NCBI GenBank assembly: GCA_964396875.1
Contig: CAYNHK010000004.1
Location: 1 to 60,354, forward strand
Length of the DNA: 60,354 bases
Direction: 5' to 3'
DNA from: an uncultured Acidobacteriota bacterium
Lineage (GTDB): Bacteria > Acidobacteriota > Vicinamibacteria > Fen-336 > JAGNNV01
Part shown: positions 1-9,872 of the stretch, piece after piece
Numbering within the stretch: position 1 is the stretch's first letter
Layout of the letters: every line of letters starts with the position of its first letter
Position numbers and translations under genes: made by a program
The notes under the pieces: generated by a model
Databases searched by the model: none
What the model saw: the letters and a program-made list of their open reading frames with translations, nothing else
Told to the model about the DNA's origin: nothing

Positions 1-20
1 CGGCCGGAGCGCGGGGGTTT

Positions 21-47
21 GGGGGGCTGAGCACTTTGCGGCCCCCC
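21..47 (-). terminator. GC-rich stem-loop just downstream of the MFS transporter stop (putative intrinsic terminator, no clear U-tract)
   Basis: GGGGGGC (21-27) pairs with GCCCCCC (41-47) around a 13-nt loop. It lies 3 nt past the minus-strand stop at 51-53. It is flanked only by TTT/AA, so no convincing U-tract. Confidence 0.4.
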
Positions 48-50
48 AAC

Positions 51-1454
51 TCAGAAATGAAACGGCGTGTCGATCTTGTGGTCCTTCGTCTCGTGGATGT
101 AGATGCCGCCCACCACGAGGGTGAGCACGCAGACAAGGATCGGATAGATCAACCCGGTGTAGATCGCTCCCGATCCGAAGACGGCGGCCGACCATGCTGA
201 CGTGGTCGCCGCCGTGGCGATGAGGGGAAGGAAGCCTCCGAACCACCCGTTTCCGAGGTGGTACGGCAGCGACATCGAGGTGTAGCGGATCGATGTCGGG
301 AACAACTCGACCAGGAACGCCGCGACCGGGCCGTAGACCATGGCCACGTAGACCATCTGCACGAAGATGATGAGGATGAGGCCGATCATAGCGGTGCTTG
401 GAAGGGTCGTCACCGATGCGACGAGGTCGGGGTTCGCGAGGCGCTTCATCCCTGCGTAGAGCGGGACGTACGTCAACGCGGCCAGCGCGCATCCCGCGAG
501 CATGATCCGCTTGCGTCCGATCCGGTCGGACAGCCAGCCGAAATAAAGGATGAAGGGTGTGCCAAGGACGAGTGCGGTGGACACGATCGTGTACGCGAGC
601 GTCCAGTGCAGATTCAGAGGCTTCTGGAGGAAGGTAAGCGCGTAGAACTGGCCGGTGTACCAGACCACACCCTGGCCGGCCGTCGCGCCGAACAGAGCGA
701 TCATCACGAGCCGCCGGTTCTTCGCGTGCACGAAGCTTTCGACGAGCGGATTCTTCGAAACCCGTCCTTCACTCTTGAGCCGCGCGAAGAGCGGCGACTC
801 GCTCATCTTGAGACGGATGTAGAGGGACACCGCGAGCAGGAAGAACGAGGCCAGGAACGGAATGCGCCACCCGAAGTCCCTGAACTCCTCGACCGAGAAG
901 ACGGTCCGGCACCAGCCGATGACGCCGAGAGAGAGGAAGAAACCGAGCGTGGCGGTGGTCTGGATGAAGCTCGTGTAGAAGCCGCGCTTGTTGTCGGGCA
1001 CGTGCTCGGCCACATAGGTCGCGGCGCCGCCGTATTCGCCCCCAAGGGCGAGGCCCTGCGCCAATCGCAGGGTCACGAGCAGAATGGGGGCCAGAATTCC
1101 CACACTCGCGTACGTGGGCAGGAAACCGATGAGCGCGGTCGAAAGGCCCATGGTGACCATGGTGACGAGAAACGTGTATTTCCGGCCGACCAGGTCGCCG
1201 ACGCGGCCGAAGACGATCGCGCCGAGGGGCCTCACGCCGAATCCTGCTCCGAACGTCGCGAGGCTGGCGAGGAGCGCGGCCCGATCGTTGCCCGGCGGGA
1301 AGAAGAGATCGCCGAAGAAGATGGCGAGGGAGCCGTAGAGGTAGAAGTCGTACCACTCGAAGAGCGTGCCCACACTCGCGGCCAGGATGGCCCGCCACAG
1401 ACCTTTCTCGTCCGCCGGCTCCGCGGCGGTCTCCGGCGCCACCGCGCTGTTCAT
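51..1454 (-). CDS. MFS transporter, metabolite:H+ symporter (MHS/ProP-like) family
   Basis: 467-aa ORF with the N-terminal signature GTLFEWYDFYLYGSLA, the loop motif GRVGDLVGRK and about 12 hydrophobic segments. ATGA start/stop overlap with the upstream gene at 1451-1454. Confidence 0.9.
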   Translation of the reverse strand: MNSAVAPETAAEPADEKGLWRAILAASVGTLFEWYDFYLYGSLAIFFGDLFFPPGNDRAALLASLATFGAGFGVRPLGAIVFGRVGDLVGRKYTFLVTMVTMGLSTALIGFLPTYASVGILAPILLVTLRLAQGLALGGEYGGAATYVAEHVPDNKRGFYTSFIQTTATLGFFLSLGVIGWCRTVFSVEEFRDFGWRIPFLASFFLLAVSLYIRLKMSESPLFARLKSEGRVSKNPLVESFVHAKNRRLVMIALFGATAGQGVVWYTGQFYALTFLQKPLNLHWTLAYTIVSTALVLGTPFILYFGWLSDRIGRKRIMLAGCALAALTYVPLYAGMKRLANPDLVASVTTLPSTAMIGLILIIFVQMVYVAMVYGPVAAFLVELFPTSIRYTSMSLPYHLGNGWFGGFLPLIATAATTSAWSAAVFGSGAIYTGLIYPILVCVLTLVVGGIYIHETKDHKIDTPFHF

Positions 1455-1831
1455 CGCAGGGCCAGGGGAATGACGAGCTTCAGACCCGACAGCACATCCG
1501 AGAAGGCCATGACCTTCACGTCGACCAGACCCGCCTGCGGACCGAAATGCCGAATGTCGTCTTCACGAAGCTCCTTCCGGCCTTTCGGCCATACCGCCCA
1601 GATCATGCCGTTTGGGACGATACGTTTTTTCGCTTCGAGAAGGAGGGGAAGATCCGACAACGCGTCCAGGCGGACCACGACCATCTCGTAGGGCCCGGGG
1701 CCAGGTCGAGCCGTCACCTTGGCGCCTGCTTCCTTCAACTCGGCCAGAAACGCCGGATCCTTCACACCCACCACCGCGACGCGCAGGCCGGGTTTCACCC
1801 CGAGTTTCTCGGTGCGGGTGCGGCCCGACAT
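1451..1831 (-). CDS. DUF3052-like small protein
   Basis: Only the last 126 codons of the 486-aa ORF 1451-2911 look like protein (MSGRTRTEKLGVKPGLRVAVVG...WPKGRKELREDDIR...). ATG at 1829-1831 overlaps the upstream stop as TGATG. The N-terminal extension is Arg/Pro-rich shadow sequence inside the DHH gene. Confidence 0.75.
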   Translation of the reverse strand: MSGRTRTEKLGVKPGLRVAVVGVKDPAFLAELKEAGAKVTARPGPGPYEMVVVRLDALSDLPLLLEAKKRIVPNGMIWAVWPKGRKELREDDIRHFGPQAGLVDVKVMAFSDVLSGLKLVIPLALR

Positions 1832-3087
1832 CAGATCAGACCTTGAATCTCTTCGGGGTTCTGGAACTTCAGTTCGGTGAGAGCGGAGAGGAGCGAGCGG
1901 GCGCAGCCCCGGCAGTGATCGAGTTCGGGATAACCCACCGGATGGTCGAGGAAGGTGAGGTGAAACGCGGCATCCTCGGCGGTGTTGTGCCCGGCGCATG
2001 CTCCGCCCTCGACCCGGTGAGGCGGACGCCGCTCGTACTTGAAACCCGACAGACCCGGGAAGGTCTTGTCGAGCAGATGTTCGACCACCCGGATGATGCG
2101 GTCTTTGTCGTAACCGAGAAGCCGGGAGTCGGCGCGGACGGAGACTTCGGTGCCGCGATCGGTCCAGGCGACCGCGATGCCGAGCGACGTGCCCTCGACC
2201 CGCAGCAGGTCGCTCGCGATCTCGGCGATGACGTCGCGGTGTTCGTCGGGCACGCGGCCGATGGGAGCGATCTTCACCGCGCCCTGGCTCATCATCCACT
2301 GCGTGGAGATGGACTTGTACATGTACCACTCGGAGGGAACGCGGTAATCGCGCAACTCGCTGAGCAGGTCGCGCGCCTCTTCGTCCCGCGTGAGCTTTTC
2401 GAACATCCGGAAGTCGAGCGCGGTCGCGCCGTGGAGGAGGGCGCTCGTGTCCGTGTAGATGCCGAGCGCGGCGGCGGCGCGGCCTTTGGGCCCGATGTCG
2501 TCCCACACGCCAAAAGCGAGGCCGATCGAGGCCATGAACGCGGAGGTCGATCCCACGGGAAGGCCCACATAGGCGTGCCGAATCGAGCGAACGCCCTTCT
2601 CCTGGCTCTGCCGCTCCACCTCCTCGAGCCCGGTGTGATGGTCGGCCACGAAGAAGAAGTCGCGTTCCGGCTTGACCCCCGTGGTGTTGCGCGCACCGAG
2701 GGGGGGGGAGGCGTCGACCATGCAGGCAAGGCCGTCTTCGATGCGACCTTCGTTTGGATGGAAGTACTCGATATTGCACACCCTCGCCATCTGGACGTTC
2801 TGCGGATGTCCGAGCGCTCCGGTCAGGATGTGGACCTCTTTCGCGCCGAGTTTCTTGAGGATCGCCGACAACATGATGGCGCTGCCGAAAGCGTCCGGGT
2901 CGCCTGTCCATTGGGTGAAGATGTTGGCGCCTCGTTCCCGGATCAACGGCGCGGAACGCTTGAGGCCCGCATAGGCCGAGTAGGCGAGACGGAGCAGCTC
3001 GAAGTGGTTCCGGGTGAAGCGCTTTCCAAAAGGAGCACCGAACTTCGAGATGACCCGCGCGATTCCGGGCAGCCTTCCGGGGTTCAC
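1831..3087 (-). CDS. DHH-family phosphoesterase (NrnA/RecJ-like fold)
   Basis: DHH motif in FFFVADHHTG, with Gly/His-rich DHHA1-like C-terminal part (VEGGACAGHNTAED). The ORF extends to 3318 but would overlap fadJ. A GTG at 3085-3087 is my best start, with TTG at 3172-3174 as an alternative. Start is uncertain. Confidence 0.7.
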   Translation of the reverse strand: MNPGRLPGIARVISKFGAPFGKRFTRNHFELLRLAYSAYAGLKRSAPLIRERGANIFTQWTGDPDAFGSAIMLSAILKKLGAKEVHILTGALGHPQNVQMARVCNIEYFHPNEGRIEDGLACMVDASPPLGARNTTGVKPERDFFFVADHHTGLEEVERQSQEKGVRSIRHAYVGLPVGSTSAFMASIGLAFGVWDDIGPKGRAAAALGIYTDTSALLHGATALDFRMFEKLTRDEEARDLLSELRDYRVPSEWYMYKSISTQWMMSQGAVKIAPIGRVPDEHRDVIAEIASDLLRVEGTSLGIAVAWTDRGTEVSVRADSRLLGYDKDRIIRVVEHLLDKTFPGLSGFKYERRPPHRVEGGACAGHNTAEDAAFHLTFLDHPVGYPELDHCRGCARSLLSALTELKFQNPEEIQGLI

Positions 3088-3170
3088 GAGCGACCGCAGC
3101 CGCGCGGACCCCTCCTTCGGCGGCCGGCCCCCGTTGCCGTTGCCGCTACCCGCGCCGGGAGGCTGTGAGT

Positions 3171-5273
3171 TCAATAGAACTTGCGGCCGGAAGCCGCGTA
3201 TTCGCCCAGGATGGGTGCTGGATCGAAGCGCGCCCCATGCTGGCCCTGCAGCCGCTTGAGGGTTTCGAGCACAGCGCCCGCTCCCAGCTTGTCGATGGCA
3301 CGGAAGGGTCCGCCCCACCAGGGCGGGAAGCCGAGGCCGAAGATCGCCCCCACATCGCCGTCAACGGGCTTGCGCAGGATGCCTTCCTGAAGGCAGTAGG
3401 CGGACTCGTTCAGGAAGGCGTGGAACAGGCGTTCCTGAATCACTTTGGGGTCCATCGTCTTCTGCCCCGCGCCGCTCGGCATCAGGGTGTAGACCGACGC
3501 GTCGACCTCCTTCGACTTCGAACCTTCGGTGTACTTGTAGAAGCCCTTCGCGTTCTTCCGGCCGAGCCGACCGTCAGCGATCAGCTTTGCCATCGAGCCC
3601 GGCGGATCCATGCGGGCGCCAAAAGCATGGTGGAGGATCTTCTGGACTTTGGCCCCCACGTCGATGCCCACTTCATCGAGAAGCGTGATCGGTCCGACCG
3701 GGAAACCGAAATCCTTCATGGCCTTGTCGATGGCCTCGACCGCGACACCCTCTTCGAGCAGATGCGCCGCCTCGTTCATGTACGGCGAAAGAGCGCGAGT
3801 GGTGAAGAAGCCCGGACCGTCGCCGACCACGATGACATGTTTGCCGATGCGGCGGCCGAACGCGACCGCGACCTCGGTGGCGCGGCGCGCAGTGTCCTTC
3901 GTCTCGATGATCTCGAGCAGCGGCATCTTGTGGACGGGCGAGAAGAAGTGCATGCCGAGGACGAGGTCCTTGCGCTTCGCATTCGCCGCGATATCCGTGA
4001 TGGGCAGCGATGACGTATTCGACGCGAACACGCACGTCTCGGAGGTGGCTTCCTCGGTCTCCTTGAGAACCTGACGTTTCACGTTCAGGTCCTCGAAAAC
4101 CGCTTCGATCACGAGCTCAGCCTGTTTGAAGCCGCTGTAGTCGGTGGTGACCGACACCCGGTCCATCTTCTGTTCGACCTCGCGAGCGGTGAGACTCCCC
4201 CGCTTGCGCCGCTCGGCCCAGATGCTCCGGACGTAGCCGAGGCCACGGCTGGTGCTCGCATCGTCGCGGTCCTTCATCCGGGCGCGCATGCCGGAGTCGG
4301 CGGCAATTCCGGCGATTCCCGCGCCCATCAGACCGGCCCCGAGGATGCAGATCTTCGAGATCTCGGGCGGCGGGTCAGGAAGCGGCACCGCTTTCTTGAT
4401 GTCCTGGGTGGCGAAAAAGACGTTGACCAGTGCGCGAGACACCTCGCCCACGAGCAGTTCGCCGAAGGCCTGTTTCTCGAGGTCGAGACCGGCGGCAAGA
4501 GAAGTCGCCGTGCCGTCCTTGATGACTTCGATGGCGCGAAGCGGCGCTGGATAGTGGCCGCCCGTCTTCGCCATGACCGTGGAACGCGCTTTCGAGAAGA
4601 TGATCGGCCTCGCCAATTTCTCCATCACCGTGATGCCCGGTCGCTGCGGCGTTTTTCCGCCGGCGATGGAGAGAGCGAGCGCCGCGGCGCGATCCTCGAG
4701 AATCGAACGAGGGACGACTTCGTCCACAAGACCGGCGCGGAGCGCCTTGCTCGCCTTGAGATTGCGCGCGCTCAGAATCATGTCGAGACCGAGAGCAAGG
4801 CCGACGAGGCGGGGCAGGCGCTGCGTTCCGCCCATGCCGGGGACGAGTCCGAGCTGAACTTCGGGCAGGCCGATCGCGGTCTTCGGATCGTCGCTCGCGA
4901 CGCGTCCCGCGCAGGCCAGGGAAAGTTCGGTTCCCCCACCCAGGCAGATACCGTTGATAGCGGCGACAAACGGAATCCTCGAGCCCTCGATACGGTTGAG
5001 CAGCGCATGGCCCTTGCCCGCCAGAGCCGCCGCCTCGGCCGCCGTGGTCACCGCGACGAACTGCTTGATGTCGGCGCCCGCGATGAAGCCTTCGGGCTTG
5101 CCGCTCACGATGACGACGCCGCGGAGGGTGGCATCTTTCTCGATCTGCGAGAAGACCATCTCGAACTCGTCGAGGAGGCCAAGGGAGAGAACGTTGAGCT
5201 TCTCCGAGGCCACGTCGAGAGATACGACAAGAACGCCATCGTCGCGACGACGGGTGGTGAGGCTCCCGGTCAT
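3171..5273 (-). CDS. fadJ: Fatty-acid oxidation complex alpha subunit: enoyl-CoA hydratase + 3-hydroxyacyl-CoA dehydrogenase
   Basis: N-terminal crotonase region (GKPEGFIAGADIKQF) and a Rossmann motif ILGAGLMGAGIAG in the dehydrogenase half. Start taken at MTGSLTTRRRDDGVLVV (ATG 5271-5273), which overlaps the upstream stop as ATGA. The 91-codon extension in the ORF track was rejected. Confidence 0.92.
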   Translation of the reverse strand: MTGSLTTRRRDDGVLVVSLDVASEKLNVLSLGLLDEFEMVFSQIEKDATLRGVVIVSGKPEGFIAGADIKQFVAVTTAAEAAALAGKGHALLNRIEGSRIPFVAAINGICLGGGTELSLACAGRVASDDPKTAIGLPEVQLGLVPGMGGTQRLPRLVGLALGLDMILSARNLKASKALRAGLVDEVVPRSILEDRAAALALSIAGGKTPQRPGITVMEKLARPIIFSKARSTVMAKTGGHYPAPLRAIEVIKDGTATSLAAGLDLEKQAFGELLVGEVSRALVNVFFATQDIKKAVPLPDPPPEISKICILGAGLMGAGIAGIAADSGMRARMKDRDDASTSRGLGYVRSIWAERRKRGSLTAREVEQKMDRVSVTTDYSGFKQAELVIEAVFEDLNVKRQVLKETEEATSETCVFASNTSSLPITDIAANAKRKDLVLGMHFFSPVHKMPLLEIIETKDTARRATEVAVAFGRRIGKHVIVVGDGPGFFTTRALSPYMNEAAHLLEEGVAVEAIDKAMKDFGFPVGPITLLDEVGIDVGAKVQKILHHAFGARMDPPGSMAKLIADGRLGRKNAKGFYKYTEGSKSKEVDASVYTLMPSGAGQKTMDPKVIQERLFHAFLNESAYCLQEGILRKPVDGDVGAIFGLGFPPWWGGPFRAIDKLGAGAVLETLKRLQGQHGARFDPAPILGEYAASGRKFY

Positions 5274-6418
5274 TGAATCACTCCTGTGTCGCGCAAGGTG
5301 TCGATGCGCGCTTTCGAAAGGCCCAGCGAACGTAGAACGTCCCGCGTGTGTTCGCCGTGCCGGGGGGCCCGGGGGCGTTTGCGGCCGGTGATCGCAGGCA
5401 GGAACGTGGGTGAGAGGAATGTACCTCTCGCGGTCTTCTGGGGCGCAAAGCCCTGCCGAGCGCGGATCTGCGGGTCGGCCAGGACCTCGGTCATGTTCTG
5501 AACCGGGGTCACGCAGGCATCGAGAGGCTCGAGGAGGGCCAGCCACTCGGCACGGGCCTTCGACTTGAAAGCCCGCTCCAGATCAGCGGACATTGCCGGT
5601 TGCTTCTTCCTCGACCACTGGGTGCGGGCGTGATCGGGGAAACCGAGCGCCTCGCAGATCGATCGCCAGAACTGCGGCTCGAGGGCGCCAAGCGCGATCC
5701 TCCGACCATCGGCGCAATCGTAGGTTCGATAACACGCGTGGGTCCCCCACAGTTCGTCGTGTTCCACATCGGGCGCGGAGAGCGAACGGACAAGAGGCGC
5801 CGAGATGAGAGCGAGGGCTCCATCCATGATCGAGAGGTCGATGACGCCACCCTTGTAGCCGCGGCGACCATGGTCCTTGAGTTTCGCGAGGATCGCGACG
5901 AGGGTCAGCAAACCCGCGGCGGTGTCGGCGGCAAGGCCGGGGGACATCGAGGCTCCGCCGCTGAGCAGGCCCACTTCTCCCATGATGTTGAGATCGTGGG
6001 TAGCGCGGCGGGATCTCGGGCCGGTCGCGCCATACCCTGAAAGGCTGACGAAGAGGAGTTTCGGGGTGGTGCGGCGAAGCCGGGCCGCGTCGAGCCCGAG
6101 TCGGTGCATCACTCCGGGCCGGAAGCTCTCGACCAGGACGTCGCTCTTCGCGGCCATGGCTTTCACGATGGCGATGCCCTCCTTCGACTTCAGGTCCAGG
6201 GCGACGCTGCGCTTGCCCCGGTTGAGCCAGGCATGGAGCGCGCTGTCCGAACCGTCGCTCACCGCGGGGGCCATGCCCCGGGTGGGATCGCCGATTTCCC
6301 TCTCCTCGATCTTCACAACCGTGGCCCCGAGGTCCGCGAGGGCGGCGGTGACGTAAGGACCGGGAAGATGTCTCGAGAGGTCGAGAACGCGGAGACCGGT
6401 GAGAGGGAGCGCTTTCAT
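5270..6418 (-). CDS. Family III CoA-transferase (CaiB/BaiF; alpha-methylacyl-CoA racemase-like)
   Basis: N-terminus MKALPLTGLRVLDLSRHLPGPYVTAALADLGATVVKIE is the typical family III CoA-transferase/AMACR signature. Start at ATG 6416-6418. Confidence 0.85.
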   Translation of the reverse strand: MKALPLTGLRVLDLSRHLPGPYVTAALADLGATVVKIEEREIGDPTRGMAPAVSDGSDSALHAWLNRGKRSVALDLKSKEGIAIVKAMAAKSDVLVESFRPGVMHRLGLDAARLRRTTPKLLFVSLSGYGATGPRSRRATHDLNIMGEVGLLSGGASMSPGLAADTAAGLLTLVAILAKLKDHGRRGYKGGVIDLSIMDGALALISAPLVRSLSAPDVEHDELWGTHACYRTYDCADGRRIALGALEPQFWRSICEALGFPDHARTQWSRKKQPAMSADLERAFKSKARAEWLALLEPLDACVTPVQNMTEVLADPQIRARQGFAPQKTARGTFLSPTFLPAITGRKRPRAPRHGEHTRDVLRSLGLSKARIDTLRDTGVIQ

Positions 6419-6476
6419 CAGCGCGGGACGGCCGCTCCGCGCGAAGGGATGTCGGTCGTTGTCGAGGACACGCTGC

Positions 6477-7757
6477 TCAGCGTTCGAGAACCATCGCGAA
6501 ACCCATGCCGCCCTGGGCACACACCGAGATCAAGCCGAACTTCGAGTTCCGACGGGTCATCTCGTGACCGAGCGTGCCGGTGATGCGCGCGCCCGTGGCG
6601 CCGAAAGGATGACCGATCGCGATCGAACTCCCGCACACGTTGAGCCTCGAACGGTCCACCACACCCACGCGGCCGCTACGCCCCAGACGCTCCTTCGCGA
6701 ACGTTTCGCTCTCGAGCGCCTGTATGTTCGACGCGACCTGAGCGCCGAAAGCTTCGTGCATCTCGATGAGATCCATGTCGGCGAGGGTCAGACCCGCACG
6801 GTCGAGCGCCATGGGAATCGCAAACGCCGGGCCCATCAGAAGCTGCCAGGCCGGATCCACCGCAGCCACCGCCCACGACTTGATGTAGGCGAGGGGCGTG
6901 TATCCGAGCGACTTCGCCCGATCTTCGGACATGAGAAGCACCGAGGCCGCGCCGTCGGTCAGAGGCGAGGCGTTGCCCGCGGTGACCGAGCCGAAACGGC
7001 GATCGAACACCGGCTTCAGCTTCGAAAGCGCTTCCATCGACGTGTCCGCGCGGATGAGACCGTCGGTGGTCGCGGTCGTCCCGTATTTCGGAGCGACGTG
7101 CACCGGGGCGATCTCCTTGCCGAGACGGCCGTCGTCGCGCGCTTTGGCGGCGTTCTGATGCGAACGGAATGCGATCTCGTCCTGTTCGGCGCGCGAGATG
7201 CCGTTGTCCTTCGCCATCTGCTCGGCCGACTGCCCCATTGAAAGTCCGGTCGAAGGTTCGGCGATCGCCGGGGTTTCGGGAATGAAATCCTTCGGGCGCA
7301 CGCGGGTGAAGGCGGCGAGCTGGGCGCCCATGCCTCTGGCCTTCGAAGCAGCCATGAGCGCGCTCGTCATGCCTTTCGAATGGAGGATCGGAACCGATGA
7401 GAGGGACTCCGCTCCCCCCGCGATACCCACATCGACGTGGCCCAGGAGAATCGCGGAGGCGACATCGGCGATCGCCTGGTTCGAGGAGGCGCACGCGCGG
7501 TTGATGGTGTGCGCCGGCACACCCTTGGGAAGGAGCGCGCCAAGGCCGGTCTCACGGGCGAGGTTCGGGGCCTTGATCGAAGGGACCACCTGTCCCATGA
7601 CCAGAGTGCCGATGAGCTTTGGATCGACTTCGCTCCGCTCGATCAGCTCACGGACCGCGACTTTCGCCAGGTCGAGCGCAGTGAGATCCTTGAAGACCTC
7701 GCCGGACTTGGCAAAAGGAGTGCGGCAGGACGCGACGAGGGCTACACGACCGGGCAT
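6477..7757 (-). CDS. fadI: 3-ketoacyl-CoA thiolase, FadI-type
   Basis: Thiolase active-site region NRACASSNQA and C-terminal GHPFGATGAR...CAQGGMG. The FadI-specific insert (KARGMGAQLAAFTRVRPKDFIPETPAIAEPSTGLSMGQSAEQMAK) aligns with E. coli FadI from memory. Confidence 0.93.
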   Translation of the reverse strand: MPGRVALVASCRTPFAKSGEVFKDLTALDLAKVAVRELIERSEVDPKLIGTLVMGQVVPSIKAPNLARETGLGALLPKGVPAHTINRACASSNQAIADVASAILLGHVDVGIAGGAESLSSVPILHSKGMTSALMAASKARGMGAQLAAFTRVRPKDFIPETPAIAEPSTGLSMGQSAEQMAKDNGISRAEQDEIAFRSHQNAAKARDDGRLGKEIAPVHVAPKYGTTATTDGLIRADTSMEALSKLKPVFDRRFGSVTAGNASPLTDGAASVLLMSEDRAKSLGYTPLAYIKSWAVAAVDPAWQLLMGPAFAIPMALDRAGLTLADMDLIEMHEAFGAQVASNIQALESETFAKERLGRSGRVGVVDRSRLNVCGSSIAIGHPFGATGARITGTLGHEMTRRNSKFGLISVCAQGGMGFAMVLER

Positions 7758-7784
7758 GGATTGTGAGGCGGAGTCTACAGCCGC

Positions 7785-8063
7785 TTACTTGGCGGACCCG
7801 CCGCTCGGTGGCTCGGGGGTGACATCGATGATCGGGCCGACCGCGGACGGCGGCTGCGGTTTCGGCGCCGCCCCGAACAACATTCCGAGGGCGCCGATCA
7901 GAAACATGATGTCGTCGAGCCAGCCCACCACTGGAGCAACATCGGGAATCGCGTCGAACGGCATGAGGACGTAGACGATGGCGCCCACGACCAGGACCTT
8001 GGGAAGGCTCGAAACCTTCGGGTTGCGCATGAGCGCGACGATGGTCTTGAGGCGCGCCAGCAT
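7785..8063 (-). CDS. DUF1232 (YkvA-like) small membrane protein
   Basis: 92 aa containing YVLMPFDAIPDVAPVVGWLDDIMF, the DUF1232 signature. It starts 4 nt downstream of the secretin stop. Confidence 0.7.
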   Translation of the reverse strand: MLARLKTIVALMRNPKVSSLPKVLVVGAIVYVLMPFDAIPDVAPVVGWLDDIMFLIGALGMLFGAAPKPQPPSAVGPIIDVTPEPPSGGSAK

Positions 8064-8066
8064 GGG

Positions 8067-9872
8067 TTATCGCTCCGGGGTCGGCGTGGGAGCGGGAACC
8101 GGGGGCCGGATGGGTTCGGGACGCAGACCCGGCGTGGGGAACACTGCCGGACCCTGCGGCGGAGTCACCGGCTGGGCGGCGGGCGGTACCTCGAAGAGCA
8201 GGGGTGACGTGTCGGAACCCACGGAGAAGGACTTGAGGTCGGCTTCGGTGAACTCGGGTTTGAAGAGGATCCGCGGCGAGATCGTCATGATGATGTCGGT
8301 CTCCTGCGCCTCTTTCTTGTTGCGGCCGAAGATGCGCCCCAGCAGAGGGATGTCGGAGAGTCCGGGAATGCCGGAGAGGGAGCTGCTTTCACGGTCGGTG
8401 ATGAGTCCGGCGAGGATGCTGGTCTCGCCGTCGCGCAGGCGAAGGACCGAGGTCACCGTGCGGTTGCTGAAAGTCGGGAGATCGTTGTAGCCGGCAGGGC
8501 CCAGCGAGGAGATCTCGAGCTTCAGTTCGAGCGTGATGTCGCTGTCGTGATGGACACGGGGCTTGATGTCGATGTTGACGCCCACGTTCTTGTACTCGAA
8601 GGAGGTGATGGGCTGCTGGGCCACGCCGCCGGTGGCGATCGCCGAGAACGTGGTCACGGGCACCGGAACCTGATCGCCGAAACGCGCGGTGGCGGTCTGG
8701 CCCTCGGTCACCCTGAGCTGCGGATTGGCGAGCAGGCGCGACGAGCCGTCGGTCCGGAGGAGCCGGTAGACAATGCCGGGCAGGCCGGAAACGATGATGT
8801 TGCTTCTCTTGTAAGGCTGGCTGCCTTCGAGGGTGATCACCTTCGAAACGTCCGGGAAAGCGCCGCCAACCACGCCGGGGTCCACCTGGCTCGCCAGACC
8901 GATGCCGTTCACCGAATTGATCTCGATGCCATAGTCGAGGAGCTTCTGGCGGTTGACTTCCAGGATCTCGACCTCCACCACCACCTCGCCGTGGCGCTTG
9001 TCGAGCGCGTCAATGATCCGTTCCGCGGCGGCGACCCGCTCCGGTGTGTCGTTGATGGTGAGGGCATTGCCGCTTCCAAGCGGAGCCACGCGGCGCGCCC
9101 CGAGGGAGATGCGCAGGACATCCACGACCTCCTTGAGATCCGCGGTGGAGAGAAAGAACGTCTTCACGATCTGGTCTTCGTAGTCGCGGCGCTTGGCCGG
9201 AGTATCGGGGATGACCTGGATGAGCTTGGGGCCGATCACGCGGGTGAAGGTCCGGCTGCTCATGGCGAGGGCCTTCAGGGCCTGCTCGAAGGGAGAGTCC
9301 TTGAGCTCGAGGGTCACCGGCCCCGAAGCCGGAGTCGATTCGAACACGAAGTTCACACCCACCACGAGGCCGAGAGTCTTGTAGGCCTCCTGCACATCGG
9401 CGCCCTCGAACTTGAAGCTCATCGGCGTGTCGAGCGCGGGCTCGATCTCGAGGCCGGGCAGGGTGCGTTCCCGCGCCGACTGCTTGATCGCGGCCACCGT
9501 TTTCGGCATGAGGCCGGAGGCGCGGCTCTTGCGCACCTCGTCCATCTCCGCGATCAGCCCGGGCTGCGAGCCATCGAGATCGAGGGCGAGCTGGTACTCC
9601 TCGAGCGCGTCCTTGAAAAGCCCCCGCGCGGCCATCCGGCGGCCCTGGGTGATGTGAGCCTCGGCGGAGCGCTTGCGCGCCCGCTGCAGAGCGAGCCGCG
9701 CATCGAGTGACTCTGGCTTCTCCGTGACCGCTTTCGAGTATTCGAGCGTCGCACGGTCCCAGTCGCCGAGGCGCTCGGCCTTCTCGCCGGCGCGGAACGC
9801 CGCCGAGGTGGCGCAGCCGAGGGTAGCAGCCAGAACGGCGCTCAGACCGAACAGTGTCGTGCGTCTCATCAT
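8067..9872 (-). CDS. Secretin-family outer-membrane channel (type II/III secretion system protein family), lipoprotein, TPR-like N-terminus, Pro-rich C-tail
   Basis: Lipobox AATLGC at the N-terminus, followed by a helical TPR-like segment. Secretin core motifs LLANPQLRVTEGQTA...SGIPGLSDIPLLGRIFG...TDIIMTISPRIL. The C-terminal 45 aa are Pro-rich. Confidence 0.88.
   Translation of the reverse strand: MMRRTTLFGLSAVLAATLGCATSAAFRAGEKAERLGDWDRATLEYSKAVTEKPESLDARLALQRARKRSAEAHITQGRRMAARGLFKDALEEYQLALDLDGSQPGLIAEMDEVRKSRASGLMPKTVAAIKQSARERTLPGLEIEPALDTPMSFKFEGADVQEAYKTLGLVVGVNFVFESTPASGPVTLELKDSPFEQALKALAMSSRTFTRVIGPKLIQVIPDTPAKRRDYEDQIVKTFFLSTADLKEVVDVLRISLGARRVAPLGSGNALTINDTPERVAAAERIIDALDKRHGEVVVEVEILEVNRQKLLDYGIEINSVNGIGLASQVDPGVVGGAFPDVSKVITLEGSQPYKRSNIIVSGLPGIVYRLLRTDGSSRLLANPQLRVTEGQTATARFGDQVPVPVTTFSAIATGGVAQQPITSFEYKNVGVNIDIKPRVHHDSDITLELKLEISSLGPAGYNDLPTFSNRTVTSVLRLRDGETSILAGLITDRESSSLSGIPGLSDIPLLGRIFGRNKKEAQETDIIMTISPRILFKPEFTEADLKSFSVGSDTSPLLFEVPPAAQPVTPPQGPAVFPTPGLRPEPIRPPVPAPTPTPER

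Noticed and set aside
1832-2911. N-terminal 360 codons of the 486-aa ORF 1451-2911, plus similar long 5' extensions of ORFs 3171-5546, 5270-6520, 14837-17341 and 27762-30293
   Set aside because: The extensions are Arg/Pro-rich, overlap well-supported upstream genes, and precede internal start codons. Those internal starts give canonical N-termini and stop/start overlaps.
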